Positions 21,365 to 32,702 of a stretch of 64,000 nucleotides of DNA are shown here, piece by piece (within the stretch, counting starts at the first letter, position 1; each line of letters begins with the position of its first letter). The translations under genes were made by a program, and so were the position numbers. The notes under the pieces were generated by a model. The model was not told where the DNA came from and searched no databases. It saw only the letters and a list, made by a program, of their open reading frames with translations. This DNA is from an uncultured Acidobacteriota bacterium (GTDB lineage Bacteria; Acidobacteriota; Blastocatellia; RBC074), in assembly GCA_963796275.1 (NCBI GenBank), contig CAWCKY010000001.1:1-64000 (forward strand). The letters run 5' to 3'.

Positions 21365-22069
21365 TCAAGGACGAAAATATTTTTCGTGGCTGATAAAAGT
21401 ATGGCAACTACAGGCAGTACACTTGAGTTTCCCTCGCTTGATGATCGTAATCCGATTACGCTCGGCTCCGACCAATCTCTCTTGACGGAATTCGAGCATG
21501 GTCTCGGTGACCACGCTGCGGGCGACGCCGATCGCTTCTGCAAGGCTCGCATGCGTCACGGAGAAGGAGTCAGAACGCATGCACTTTTGCATCAGCAGAA
21601 GCTTGCTTGCCAGGCGTTGCCTCGTGGAATGGAAGCGATTGCAAACACATAAGAGTGCGAGCCGTCCGAATAAACCATTAACATAGTCGAAGATCAGATC
21701 ATACGCTTCGCTGTTTTGTCTGAGCACTTGATGCAAGATACCGGCATCGATTTCGAGAGCTTCACCCTCGATCTGCACCTGGGCGTACAGAGGGATACTA
21801 TTGATCCTGGCGATCCCCGAAAGGCCGACAGCACCTTCGCGTCCGATCATGGCGGCTTCTATAACACGATGTCTGACATTGACAAACAAAGATATCGCGC
21901 CTCTGGTAATAAACCAGACCCGCTCAGGCGTTTCGCCGACGTCGAATAGTATGGTGTCTTTGTTCAGTATGGATCTCTTTAGGTGAGGTACCAGGTTGTC
22001 GTAAGCGGTAGGGAGGCAGGCTGCCAGAACGACCAATAGATCGTTTGTTGGGGTCGGATATTTTGACAT
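21365..22069 (-). CDS. Crp/Fnr family transcriptional regulator
   Basis: EAAMIGREGAVG, CNRFHSTRQRLASKLL, THASLAEAIGVARSVVT, ACSCH. Confidence 0.9.
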   Translation of the reverse strand: MSKYPTPTNDLLVVLAACLPTAYDNLVPHLKRSILNKDTILFDVGETPERVWFITRGAISLFVNVRHRVIEAAMIGREGAVGLSGIARINSIPLYAQVQIEGEALEIDAGILHQVLRQNSEAYDLIFDYVNGLFGRLALLCVCNRFHSTRQRLASKLLLMQKCMRSDSFSVTHASLAEAIGVARSVVTETMLEFRQERLVGAERNRITIIKRGKLKCTACSCHTFISHEKYFRP

Positions 22070-22587
22070 ATTCGTTTCTTTCCACTTCTTCTCTCTGTTT
22101 TCTCCTCCTTGCCGTGCATCTAGAGCCATCAACTCCGGTCAATGAAGACTCACTTGCGCCGGTCGCAAACCCGCCGCGTCCTCAGTGAACACCGGCTGCC
22201 GATGATCCTGGCCCGTCGTATGACTCGCCTTTCCGTTCGAGTCTACGCTACCTGCTGCATTGGCAGATTTACCATACCACTGCAGTGCATATTAGATATG
22301 CTCCTTTTTCACTCCGCTATCGAATGACTGAAGCAATGGTCAGCAGGCTATTCCTCCCGTATTAGTCTGAGGCGAAAACCCAACTACAAATAACTACTGA
22401 ACAATTTCTTTGATGGATGGTAGGAAGGTTGATCATGGCAAGTTCAGCGATCTGAGGCGCATTTGTTATTCCATCGAACGTAACAACAAGGGCTAGCTCT
22501 TTATTTCTTCTCTGCTGTTTGACTTGTCTTTTTCCAAGGAATCGGTGGGAAGGTCTGAGCCGCCCATATCCGGGAAAAGACTTTCGC

Positions 22588-22953
22588 TCATTCCTTCTCC
22601 TTTCGTGCCATCACTTCGGCAACACGTTTGCGTGCGAGCGCCAAACGATCGCCTGGTGAGAGAGTGACATCGGTGAGGGCTTCCAGAGCTGCCGCGAAGC
22701 GTGGATCGGTGTCGAATTTCTCACGCGTGACTATTTGGATTGCAATGAAATCCCGGATCTCGCGCGCTGTGGACAACCCGTAAGATTCCGCTTTGGCGAT
22801 ACTATCCTCCACCCATCTCAGAGCTGTGGCATCGTCCGGCCCCGCAAGGAAGTTGGGAACCACTTCACGGATAACGGCGAGTGTCCTCCGAATGAACTCA
22901 GCCCTACCCCCCTGCTGCATATCCTCCATCTGGCTTTTAGATATCTTCAGCAT
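22588..22953 (-). CDS. hypothetical protein
   Basis: 121-aa helical ORF (MLKISKSQM..AESYGLS..FDTDPRF). Confidence 0.6.
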   Translation of the reverse strand: MLKISKSQMEDMQQGGRAEFIRRTLAVIREVVPNFLAGPDDATALRWVEDSIAKAESYGLSTAREIRDFIAIQIVTREKFDTDPRFAAALEALTDVTLSPGDRLALARKRVAEVMARKEKE

Positions 22954-23393
22954 CTAAACCTGCCTCAATATTTAGACCCATGTTGATTTTGGCCTTCTCA
23001 ACACCTGGGATGCCGGACACCACGTCACAAAAAAACCGGCTGTCGGTGAAGCGCCTCTCACCATAGCGGTGAGGCCAGTCTGGCGGTAGAAGCCGAGTTA
23101 AATTTCTTTCTCCGGCCATGAGTGAATGAAGGCCGTTAAAACATGACACCTGTCTTCACATGATTTGAAAAAATTTCAGAAAAAAAGGGGCTAAGGGAGC
23201 GCTAAGGTAAATATTGGGCTGCTTTTCGATAAGGATTCCTACCGCATATCGAATAGGTCGGCACAGCGTGAACCTTCGGCGCACTGGTGGGACCATGAAG
23301 TATGAGGACAACATAGATGTTGAGATCACATTTGATATCTTGTTGCTAAATGTTGATTCTGGATTTTATTGTGCAACCAAGGAGCTTCTACTT

Positions 23394-24089
23394 TTACCGT
23401 GGACAATTACCTGCCACTCTGTAGCCTGCCTTCGCAGCTTCAGCCGGCGTCTTGAAGTAAACTCGATTGCGCTCGGCAATCTTGCTGTAGTCCGGACACT
23501 CCGGTCGGTGGTATATTCGGCTATTTTTGTTGCCTATTACCTCGCCGCTAGTGGCTGCCGGCGCTGTAGCAACAACTTTCAGTTCACGCTTACCTCTTCG
23601 AAACTCCCACGGCGGGACCGGTGAAGGATCCGCCCATAAGCTGCGCTTCTCTGCCCTTGCGGTTCGTTCTGCCTGTTCATATGCCGCCGCGTCATCGCGA
23701 CTCAGATCTCTGGCGTAGTCGCGATAGAACCATGCCATACCTTGCATCGCCTGCAGGTAGTTAATGTTCTTGCCGTCCAACTGCACCTTGCCCAGCGTAC
23801 GGCCGTAGCGGTCTGTCTTCGAGCTCGTTACCATGACGGTCCGCCCGAAGATCAGATGAGAGAGTGATTGCTTCGACTTCTGGCCGAAGGCCTGGGCGGA
23901 TTCCGGCGCATCAATCCCCTCGAGACGCACTTTGTGTTGCCGTTTCGAACTGTCGAGGACGGTGATTGTGTCGCCATCGCTCACGCCTACTACCTTACCG
24001 GTGATCGTCTTCTGTTGCGCCGCGATCGGCAGACAGAGAATGGTGAGAATGAACAGTGCTGTTGTTATGCGCCTCGGTGTGTGCTTCAT
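23394..24089 (-). CDS. secreted thermonuclease (SNase) with C-terminal Ada metal-binding-like domain
   Basis: Signal peptide; VSDGDT, VRLEGIDAPES, DRYGRTLG, GMAWFY; GNKNSRIYHRPECP...AGYRVAGNC. Confidence 0.92.
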   Translation of the reverse strand: MKHTPRRITTALFILTILCLPIAAQQKTITGKVVGVSDGDTITVLDSSKRQHKVRLEGIDAPESAQAFGQKSKQSLSHLIFGRTVMVTSSKTDRYGRTLGKVQLDGKNINYLQAMQGMAWFYRDYARDLSRDDAAAYEQAERTARAEKRSLWADPSPVPPWEFRRGKRELKVVATAPAATSGEVIGNKNSRIYHRPECPDYSKIAERNRVYFKTPAEAAKAGYRVAGNCPR

Positions 24090-24494
24090 TTCTTCGTTTC
24101 TTCTCCAGCCGCGCGCACAATTTGCGTGGAATGCGCCGCAAACTCATAAAGCAAAAGCCGTTTGAAATCAAGATGAAATCAACCGGCCTCGTCAGCATAT
24201 CTGTCTTGCCATATCGTGTAAGGGTGAAGCGTATGAGCGGCTTCTACTCTCCGTACCTGCGAACAGTTCCCAAGATGCCCTAAGCCTGCTTGAGAGCGAT
24301 CACCGCGCTTCCCCTTAAACGAAGAACAAAAAAGGTTCGCAAGCGCAGCGTGCGGCAGTGATCAGAAAAATCACTGCTGAAGATGCCGCGAATCCTACGC
24401 CTGGTTTAGTGGGAGTGTCAATCTTCCTATTTCAGATAGATTTTTACGTGAGGCAACACGAACGGGAATTCTAATTGTCGCCGATCAATCACGT

Positions 24495-24791
24495 AGCGTC
24501 ATTCTCGATCTAGATGGCGACAATGATGTGGTGGTCAGTGACAATGAATACAAAGGGGGCAAGGTTGCATGGCTGGAGAACGTGGAGGGGCGTGGAAAGA
24601 GCTGGAGAAGACATGATTTTCCAGCCTCGGATTCCGGACAAAAGTGGGCATATCATTCGCTGGCGGTGGTCGATTTCGATAGTGATGGCGATTGGGATGT
24701 GTTCAGCGTCGAAATGGAATCCCAGACCGATTTCATAAGGGGCGAAGGCCGCCACGTTTTTTCATCTGGGAGAATCTCGACGGCAAGGGAT
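24495..24791 (+). pseudogene. FG-GAP/VCBS repeat protein fragment
   Basis: DLDGD.DVVVSD, WLENVEGRG, HSLAVVDFDSDGDWDVF. Confidence 0.65.
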
Positions 24792-25046
24792 GGTCTCGCT
24801 CACCAGTGACATCGCCTCACCGGGAACGACTTGGGCAAGCGCCGTGAAGATTTTTTCGCGTAGACCTGGGAGGAAACCGACAAGGCTGGTCAGAAAGATG
24901 AGCATAGGGAAGAGCGCGAGCTGGAAGTAATAGGCCAGTTCAGCGGCGCGGCTAAAGACTTTATCCTCCGTCGTCTCGCGCCATGGCTTGATGGCCAGTT
25001 CTTTAAGGATCAGATGCCCGAGCCAACGCCTCAGCCAGTGATTCAT
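24790..25046 (-). pseudogene. YihY/BrkB family membrane protein N-terminal fragment
   Basis: EDKVFSRAAELAYYFQLALFPMLIFL, truncated. Confidence 0.8.
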
Positions 25047-25174
25047 TACGTACTCTCCTTCATCCTTCGACAGCGGAGTGGCCATTACACGGCAAGATGT
25101 AATTACCAACCCAACAGACGATGCGCTAAAATCACCCGCTAAATTCAGTTATAAAATGGTATTGCCCGAGCCGG

Positions 25175-25584
25175 TCATTTCGATGAGGCGGCGGCCTCAA
25201 TCGTCGCACTAACCTCGTCTTGATTGGATTGCTCGGCTTCACGATAGCCCTGCTTGGTCGCTTCGGAGTCCGCGGCGCGTTGGGCCTTTTGTCGATTGAT
25301 CAAATCTTTGCCCCGGCCGGTCAAATCAGTTACCCCCTCTTTTACGCGCGTGGTCAAATCAGACGCACGCTCGACACCGGTTTGGTAATACGCGCTGGTG
25401 CGTTGTCCGATTTCGTGTCCAGTGTCACGGGCATAATCAAGCCCTTGCGCGTCCCGTCGGCAATTTCCGAACGAAGCTCGCTGCCCGCTTTCGGAGCGAA
25501 GAGCAACGCAGTGATCGCGCCGATGCCGGCGCCGACCAGGAAATAGACAAATTTGTCGCCATCACCATCCTGATTTTCTACCAT
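25175..25584 (-). pseudogene. YtxH domain protein, frameshifted
   Basis: FLVGAGIGAITALLFAPKAGSELR; C-terminal half in another frame (25175..25357). Confidence 0.8.
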
Positions 25585-25738
25585 GGTATTGTCCTCCTTG
25601 AAAGATTATCCATTGGGCCAGCCAGTTCAGACACTAAGCAGAAGAAGATGCTAAATCGAAGCACAACAACTTTGGTTCATCTGTTCAAATTTTCATGTGG
25701 TTCGATTTAGGCATCGCACGATTAACATTCACGACCCC

Positions 25739-28700
25739 TCAGAATGACTGTCCGAACCGGATGTGAAGCACGCCTCGCTGCTGTCGCAACACGGCGCCCG
25801 ATGCGGTTACGTACGAAGGCGGATCGAGCAGGTAGCCGTAGTCGACTCCAACCGGACCGATTGGCGTGTTGATGCGCAGCCCGAGACCGACGCTGTTGGT
25901 CATCCCACCGAACCTGATATCGCTTACGAGCGGGAATACATTCCCAAGATCATAGAATGGAACCAGCCGCAACCGTCGTGTGAGAGGGTAGCGCAGTTCG
26001 AAGTTGAAAATAGTGAGCGCATTGCCGCCGACAGGTACGAGCACCGGCAGTTCATTAGGAGTGCGCGGCTCAAGAATAGCCTGCGGCCCTGCCTGCTCAT
26101 AGCTGAATCCACGGAGCGTCGTCGCGCCTCCCGCAAAGAAGCGCTCGCTGATCGGCAACGACTTGTCATCGAATGTACCGGTCGTCTTAACATTGAATGG
26201 TGCAGCTAACCCAATACGCATGGTGGCGGCAAGAACGGAGTCGCGCAGCAAGGGCGTCGATTGAGGAAGCGTCCGATAGTACTGGTAGTTGCCGAAAAAT
26301 TTGTTGTAGGACTCGTTCCCTCCGAAAATGCCTGCAGCAACGGAATGCTCGGCACTGAAGAGCTGCCCACGAGTGGGATTGAGCGCGCTGTCACGCGTGT
26401 CTCGCGTGAAACCCGTGGAATAAAGTCCCAGGCGGATCGGGCGATCGTTGCGCCCGATCTCTTGGCTGGGAATATTCTGAAGGTTGGATAGCCTCGCATC
26501 TTCATAGCTATACCGGAAACGCACCGAGGTGATCTCCGAAAGTTTGCGCTCGGTTTGCAGAAAGGCGACGAAGCGATTGATGCCATATCTTGTCGGCTCA
26601 CTCTGAATCTCTCCGTTCACGATCCTTTTCCGCACAATCGATTGTAGATCGTTATTCTTGTCGTAGTAGGCTGAAACAGTGGTCGCCCATTTAGTGCCAA
26701 AGGGCTGGAGGTCAGTGTAAGAGATTTGCCCGAGTTGTTCGCGCCCGCTTGCCCGCATTCGAACGGAAGCGGTATTGACACGCCCAAAGAGGTTTGTATG
26801 GGTCAGCTGTGCGAGCCCGCGCGGACCGTCATCAGTCGAATACCCTAACCCATAAACGAAGAGCAGCGGCTTTGCCTCCGTCACTCCCACCGTCACACGG
26901 CGCGCATTCGCATCATCACCTTCAGCGGGTTCAGTGCGGATGTTCACTTCGCTGAATGCCCCTGTCGCGTAGAGGTCGCGCTGAGTGCGGCGAATGACGC
27001 CGGGGGTGAGCGTTTCACCGGGTTTAAAGGCGAGGAAGCGCCGGATCGAATCCTCACGCGTTGTGGTTTGGCCCGTGATCAGCACCTCGCTCGCCACGTT
27101 CCGGCTGCCCTCGGTCACGTTGTAGACCAGGCGCACGCGATCATCGGGCAAATCTTCGACATTCAACTCGGCGGTAGCATCCAGATAGCCCCGATCCGCA
27201 TAGAACTTCTTGATATTCTGCCTGCCCTCACGCACTTTTGTACGCGAGAAGAGTTCACTATCATTGATCGGAACGGCCTCACGCAATTCCGATGATGTGA
27301 TGGCAGCATTGCCTTTGATTGCGACCTCCGAGATGGTCGAGCGCGCTCCCTCTTCCACGCCAAAGATCAGAACCAATTCTTCACTCTCTGTCTTGAATGC
27401 ATACCTCGAATCGACGCGCGCGGAGCGGAAGCCCAGGTCGACCAAACGGCGACGGATGACCCCGCGATCGTGTTGCAGGCGGTCGTTGCTCGTAATTCCG
27501 CGCGCGTAGCCGCCAATCAATGGAAGACCCTTGAGTAAGGGAAAATTGCCAAAGATGCTGGCCGTCTGCGATTGCAACTCTCCGCTGACATCGCCGAGGC
27601 TAAACTGGTCGGTGCCTTCGAGGCGGATATCTTCAAGACCGAGCCGCTGACCCGGCTGAACATCATAGAGCACATGCAGATCCGGTCCGCTGCAGTTCGC
27701 GGGCTCGCACCTGGAACTGACGGCCGCGAAGAAATAACCTTGTTCCTGAAGGTAGTTGGTTAGATTGCGCTCTCCCAAACGAGCGAGGGAAGGGCTGTAG
27801 CCATCCTTCGCGACGGGCAAAAGCTCACGCAGCTTTTTATCGCTCAGACTGACGCCTTCCGTTTTCTCAATCGATACCTCGGCTCGAGGAAGAGGCGGTC
27901 GCTCGGTGTGCGATGGTGTAACAGTTGGAGTGCGGTTTGTGCCTGCCCCACCAAATAACTCACTTCCCAAATAGCCTAATGAGAAACGCTTGCGTCCGCG
28001 CATCTCGATCGTGAAGTCATTGTCTGTGCTGGCACCCTCCGTCGAGCTACCTCCCTGAGTGTAAGATGCGACTCCGGAGAAGCGGTTGGTCACTGTATAT
28101 TCGACAAGCGCAGTCTGGTCCTGCTCCGAGGAGAGATTTGTCGAGTAGGTGAACGCGAAGTCGCGTGCGAGCTGTTTACCGATCGTCATGCGCGCCGCCG
28201 GGTTGGAATTGGGGCGCAGAACCGGATCGATCTGAAAGCGGCTGAGACCGAGTAATGACTCGGTCGGCTTTGAGATGAACTGCTGAGAGAGGAATGAAGC
28301 CGCCGTTCCCACTCCCGAACGCGTCAATTCCTCGCTCCCCAGAGTGTCCGACTCGGATCGTCCGGTAGTGATCAGGGAGAGCACCTCTGAGCGGGGTAGA
28401 TCCGGCTCGGAACGCAGCGTCACCTCCATATCATTGAGCGGGCCAGTGAGACCGACATATACGTGATAGCCGCTCACATCGCCTTCGGTCATGAAGTTGA
28501 TGTCTGGATTCATTCCAGCGCCAATGGGAAAGTCGAGTGTGCCGGCAGTTATGTCATAGCGTTGAGAGCGGAACTTGATCGTGCCACCTTCGAACGTCAA
28601 GCGGCCGGTGATGCTCGGGTCATTGAGTTTGCCGCCGACGGTGAGTGAAGCGGTACCGACAGTGTTGATCTGGTCGTTGCGTACGAGAAACGACTCCTCC

Positions 28701-31700
28701 GCTTCAACACGCACGTCTAAGGTCACAGGCGCCAGGCCGAAAGTTCCTCCCCTAGTTCCACCGCCGCCTCCGACATCGAGACCACTTTTGCCGGTTGAGG
28801 CCAGGCTCTCAAAATCGAACGCCGTCCTATACTCGGCCTGCGGAATGGTGACCTTACCGCTGAGCAATTGTCCTTGCGGAGTGCCGGTCAGACTAAGATC
28901 GCCGTTGAGCGTCACTTGAGCGCCCTGGTAGAAGAGAATGATGTCACTGGCGTTAAAACCGAATCGCCATTCTTTCGGCTGAAATTGCGCGAGCGTGAGA
29001 GTGCCATTCGCGTTGATCTTCCCGTCGTTGGCAAGTGCTGTAAAGCTATCAAGGGTCACTTTCTCACCGGATAGAAGAATACGGCCGTTACCATCTTCAA
29101 TGTTGAATAGTGGATCGAAACTGAAGAAGCTGAGCCCGTTTATACTTACATCACCGGCCAACTGAGGCTCCTTCACTGATCCTTCCAATCTCGCATTGAT
29201 AGAAACAGTGCCGCCGAAGAAGTAGTCGGTACTCAACCCGCTGAGAGTAGCAAGATTCGCCGTCCCATTCGCCGCGAAATTCATCTTTGCGCCCTCGCTT
29301 AAGCCGAGTATGCCGCCGAAGCTGAGATCGACGCCATCTCCGAAAACGCGTGCCTGCTCGAGCGTGACTTGAGGCCCGTTGAGCGAGACTGTAAACGGCG
29401 TCTCGACATTTATCTTTCTCTCCGCCAGCTGCAGCGAGATACTTGTAAGCGTAAGACTGCCGCGTAATCCATCGAATGTTACTTCCCCTCGATCATTGAC
29501 TGTTGTTCCCGCAATACGGAGTCTGCCGCCTACCGCTCCGGCGATCGAAGAAGCGAGGTCGGGAGCAAAGGCGGCGATGATGGGGCCGAGACTAAAATCG
29601 GTCAAGTTGGCTTCGACGTCGATGGGACGCCCCGGCCTTCGCAGCTCAATGCTGGTGCGCAGCGGCTGCGGCTTGCCCGCAATGCCGGTAATCAGATCGA
29701 CGTCAATGCGCCCGTTCTGACTGGTGCGCGCGGTGAGGTTGAGCTGGCCTGCCGCCTTTCCGTTTATCGTTACATCCTTTCCGTTCGCTGTTAATTCGAC
29801 TTTGAGCTGGTCGAGCTCTTTGGTATTTCCGCTTGCTTGGAAATCGGCGTCAGCAGTCCCAGTCAGGCGCGAATTCTCAACATCGAGAGAGATGAGGAGC
29901 GCGTGAAGATCGACGCTGTCAGCCTTCCCCTGCAATTGAAAGATGTTGCTCTTCAAGTCGAGACTGCCATTCGCGATGAGATGGCCTTGCGGCAGGCGGA
30001 TCTCGGCACGGTCGATCCTGGCAGTCTGATCATCTAGAATAAGATTGGCTGTCGCCAGTTCAGCCGTTTGTCCGGCAATCATTCCAGTTACCAGATTGAC
30101 AGTCACCGTTCCTCGAGGAGATTCGGGTAAAGCCGTCAATTGCGCTTGACCCGAAAGCTCTCCGGAGATGAGCTTCTGGCCGCTAGGAAGACCGGCAGCG
30201 GCGATCAAAGTATCGACTGAAATGCGGTCGAGAGCGGCATCGAGGCGCCCTTCGGTGGCGATCTTATCGAGAGGGGCTGCGTAGCTGAATTTCAAAGTGC
30301 CGTTATTGTCGGCGGTAAGCAGCCCATTCTCGAAACGCACTTCTTTGGGTGAGAAGAGCAGGCGACCGGTGAGACTGCCCAGCAACACTTTATGCAGCGA
30401 AACGCTCACCGCGTTCAAATCTCCCTCGATCGTTGGATCTTTGAGCATGCCGGTGATGCGGCCTTCGAATTTGAGGTCGCCCGCGATCCGCGGTTCATAA
30501 TCTACGAGCGCCTTCTTCACCTCATCGACCGAGTAGGCGATGGTCTGCAATTGCTCGGCGCTCGTTGAGGTAAACGAGAAGCGCAGGTCTGAGTCGCCCT
30601 CGCGCGAGAATCGCCCGGTTGCGGTCAATCGTGTGGCGTCGGTGCTAAGCGTGAATTGGGTGACATCGAAAAGGCCGCTACTGGCTGTGATTCCCACATC
30701 CCCCCTGACGGGAATCGCATCAGTGGTCTGTGTCGTGGCTCCGCGCAGATGAGCAGTGAGCGTCCCACTCGTGGCGAATAGATCAGTTCCAGGCCAACTC
30801 AAGTCTGCATTTCCCTCCACGGTCCCCGCGAGCGGCGCGGGGCTCGTCGAGACAAGAGTGAAGATGACGCCCGTCTTGATCCCTGTGAAACTCGCCTTCA
30901 GACGCGAGTTGCCTTTGCGGCCCGTCTGCATTGCGACGTCGCCTGTAGCACTGCCGCCGAAAAGAGAAGCGTTGAATTTGTTGAGCGCGATCGTAACGTT
31001 ATCGGCGATCAACTCTCCATTCAATGGGCCGAAAGAGGCGCCACTGACAGCTCCGCCATTGACTCCTAAATTCCCACGCACCTGGTAGCGCTCCCCGTCT
31101 ATGGTGGCAGTTACTTTCTGCAGCTTGACTCCTGTAATCTGCCCCTGAGCAATTTCAATACGATCGACGGAGACTTGTGGAACATTCCCGCGCGTGCGGC
31201 CATCTTTCATCTCTCCCAGGATCGCGCCGGTCGCCACATTCGTCAACCTGGCGCCTTGCACCGAGACAGCATGGGCGCGTGCCTGCTTGTTTTCAAAACT
31301 TATCTTCTCGCCGTCGGACTCGACTTTGATCCCCGCTAACTTCGCGCCGCGTACCCGAGCACCTGCCGCCATGAATTCGTCTGAGTTCAAATCGCCGGTT
31401 ATCCTATAGCGAGCCCCTTCGCCCTCGACCCGTCCATCGAACACAGCGGCACCATGCAATCCAGCTCCGGGCTCGAGGATTCTCGTGACCTCATCTAATG
31501 CTACTCGCGTTTGGAAGCCGAAGTTGTAACGCAGGGCGTTCCAATCCTCGATCCGTCCACTGGTTGAGGCTTGAGCGATTGGCGAGCGAATTGTAAAACG
31601 CTCAATCTCCGCGCCCATCTCTCCACCGCTCCCAACGAACTCTATACCATCAACAGTCAGCTCGCGATCTTGATAACGAAAGCGGCCTCCACCGGTGGTC

Positions 31701-32323
31701 AACTGGGCCTTCACCATCGTGCCGCCCGGAAGTGGTTGGGCATTCACTTGCAAATTTCCCAGCTCGCCTTCGATCTTACGGGCTCGATCATTGATGTGGA
31801 GCGTCCCGCTTTTCAGCGCACCGATGAGACTCGAAAAATCGAATGTGATCCGGCTGGGAGCTTTTGGGGGCGCCGAGTGCAAACCCCACAAGCTCGAACG
31901 GCCCTGTTCGTCCACGTCGAGCCGGACATTGAGGTTGCTGAGTTCGAGCCGCTGAAAGACGATTTCGCGTCGCAGACGCAGAGCATAAGGCTCGAGGATC
32001 TGGACAGCCATCTCTAACTGGTCGACCGTGGCGATAAGCTGTCCGGTCTGCTGGTTGTAGACCTTAACATCGCTGATCTTTGCCGTGCGTATTCCCCAGG
32101 ATATATCGAAGCTTCCGATCTCTGCGCGCAGGCCGTACTCTCCGAGCGCAGCCACCACCTGATTTGCAATGTAGCGATTGAGCCTGCCCGAGCGGATGTG
32201 GTAGAGGCCGGCAAGGACGAGAAATGCGATGAGTAAAAGAAAACCCAGACCGATATGCAGGAGTCGTTTGTGGCTTCTGTACCAGTGTGAGCGTATGGAT
32301 GGCGTCACCTGTGTCTGATCCAT
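25739..32323 (-). CDS. TamB (AsmA/DUF490) - POTRA - Omp85/TamA beta-barrel fusion protein
   Basis: N-terminal TM anchor and long beta-taco repeats; DUF490 end (LRSEPDLPRSEVLSLITTG); POTRA repeats; ERFFAGGATTLRGF, GLGLRINTPIGPVGVDYG and C-terminal FGQSF. Confidence 0.9.
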   Translation of the reverse strand: MDQTQVTPSIRSHWYRSHKRLLHIGLGFLLLIAFLVLAGLYHIRSGRLNRYIANQVVAALGEYGLRAEIGSFDISWGIRTAKISDVKVYNQQTGQLIATVDQLEMAVQILEPYALRLRREIVFQRLELSNLNVRLDVDEQGRSSLWGLHSAPPKAPSRITFDFSSLIGALKSGTLHINDRARKIEGELGNLQVNAQPLPGGTMVKAQLTTGGGRFRYQDRELTVDGIEFVGSGGEMGAEIERFTIRSPIAQASTSGRIEDWNALRYNFGFQTRVALDEVTRILEPGAGLHGAAVFDGRVEGEGARYRITGDLNSDEFMAAGARVRGAKLAGIKVESDGEKISFENKQARAHAVSVQGARLTNVATGAILGEMKDGRTRGNVPQVSVDRIEIAQGQITGVKLQKVTATIDGERYQVRGNLGVNGGAVSGASFGPLNGELIADNVTIALNKFNASLFGGSATGDVAMQTGRKGNSRLKASFTGIKTGVIFTLVSTSPAPLAGTVEGNADLSWPGTDLFATSGTLTAHLRGATTQTTDAIPVRGDVGITASSGLFDVTQFTLSTDATRLTATGRFSREGDSDLRFSFTSTSAEQLQTIAYSVDEVKKALVDYEPRIAGDLKFEGRITGMLKDPTIEGDLNAVSVSLHKVLLGSLTGRLLFSPKEVRFENGLLTADNNGTLKFSYAAPLDKIATEGRLDAALDRISVDTLIAAAGLPSGQKLISGELSGQAQLTALPESPRGTVTVNLVTGMIAGQTAELATANLILDDQTARIDRAEIRLPQGHLIANGSLDLKSNIFQLQGKADSVDLHALLISLDVENSRLTGTADADFQASGNTKELDQLKVELTANGKDVTINGKAAGQLNLTARTSQNGRIDVDLITGIAGKPQPLRTSIELRRPGRPIDVEANLTDFSLGPIIAAFAPDLASSIAGAVGGRLRIAGTTVNDRGEVTFDGLRGSLTLTSISLQLAERKINVETPFTVSLNGPQVTLEQARVFGDGVDLSFGGILGLSEGAKMNFAANGTANLATLSGLSTDYFFGGTVSINARLEGSVKEPQLAGDVSINGLSFFSFDPLFNIEDGNGRILLSGEKVTLDSFTALANDGKINANGTLTLAQFQPKEWRFGFNASDIILFYQGAQVTLNGDLSLTGTPQGQLLSGKVTIPQAEYRTAFDFESLASTGKSGLDVGGGGGTRGGTFGLAPVTLDVRVEAEESFLVRNDQINTVGTASLTVGGKLNDPSITGRLTFEGGTIKFRSQRYDITAGTLDFPIGAGMNPDINFMTEGDVSGYHVYVGLTGPLNDMEVTLRSEPDLPRSEVLSLITTGRSESDTLGSEELTRSGVGTAASFLSQQFISKPTESLLGLSRFQIDPVLRPNSNPAARMTIGKQLARDFAFTYSTNLSSEQDQTALVEYTVTNRFSGVASYTQGGSSTEGASTDNDFTIEMRGRKRFSLGYLGSELFGGAGTNRTPTVTPSHTERPPLPRAEVSIEKTEGVSLSDKKLRELLPVAKDGYSPSLARLGERNLTNYLQEQGYFFAAVSSRCEPANCSGPDLHVLYDVQPGQRLGLEDIRLEGTDQFSLGDVSGELQSQTASIFGNFPLLKGLPLIGGYARGITSNDRLQHDRGVIRRRLVDLGFRSARVDSRYAFKTESEELVLIFGVEEGARSTISEVAIKGNAAITSSELREAVPINDSELFSRTKVREGRQNIKKFYADRGYLDATAELNVEDLPDDRVRLVYNVTEGSRNVASEVLITGQTTTREDSIRRFLAFKPGETLTPGVIRRTQRDLYATGAFSEVNIRTEPAEGDDANARRVTVGVTEAKPLLFVYGLGYSTDDGPRGLAQLTHTNLFGRVNTASVRMRASGREQLGQISYTDLQPFGTKWATTVSAYYDKNNDLQSIVRKRIVNGEIQSEPTRYGINRFVAFLQTERKLSEITSVRFRYSYEDARLSNLQNIPSQEIGRNDRPIRLGLYSTGFTRDTRDSALNPTRGQLFSAEHSVAAGIFGGNESYNKFFGNYQYYRTLPQSTPLLRDSVLAATMRIGLAAPFNVKTTGTFDDKSLPISERFFAGGATTLRGFSYEQAGPQAILEPRTPNELPVLVPVGGNALTIFNFELRYPLTRRLRLVPFYDLGNVFPLVSDIRFGGMTNSVGLGLRINTPIGPVGVDYGYLLDPPSYVTASGAVLRQQRGVLHIRFGQSF

Positions 32324-32702
32324 GATACTCCTTCAAGTTAACTCAGAAATCATGGGGAGTGACAGTCCAAGCAAAATGTGGCAGTTTTTATAAAAATCTG
32401 CACTACTATGGGGGATTGATCATGTGGGACAGTGATCCTGTGAGATGGTGATGATAGCACGACTAACCAAGGCGAGGAAGCGGCAGTCAACGTGGTCGCG
32501 ATGCGCTATTGGCTAAAGGCAGCGAAGCGCCTCGTCAATGTCTATTGGAAGATTCCGAAAGGAACGACACGATATACGCTGACCCAGATCGCCGAATGGA
32601 TCGATGCGGAAATGCGAAGGTCAGAGAGTTGACAGATGCCGCTGTCAAGAGGCTGAAACAAGTCGGATCAGAACCGTTCCATAAAATATGGTCGAATATG
32701 AC

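Noticed and set aside
22588-22953. T6SS accessory gene
   Set aside because: Only a vague resemblance to proteins seen near DUF4123; no T6SS genes in the window.
25763-32336. Numerous short ORFs overlapping tamB-tamA, rhs and the GSDH gene
   Set aside because: Shadow or alternative-frame ORFs of long genes with no family motifs.
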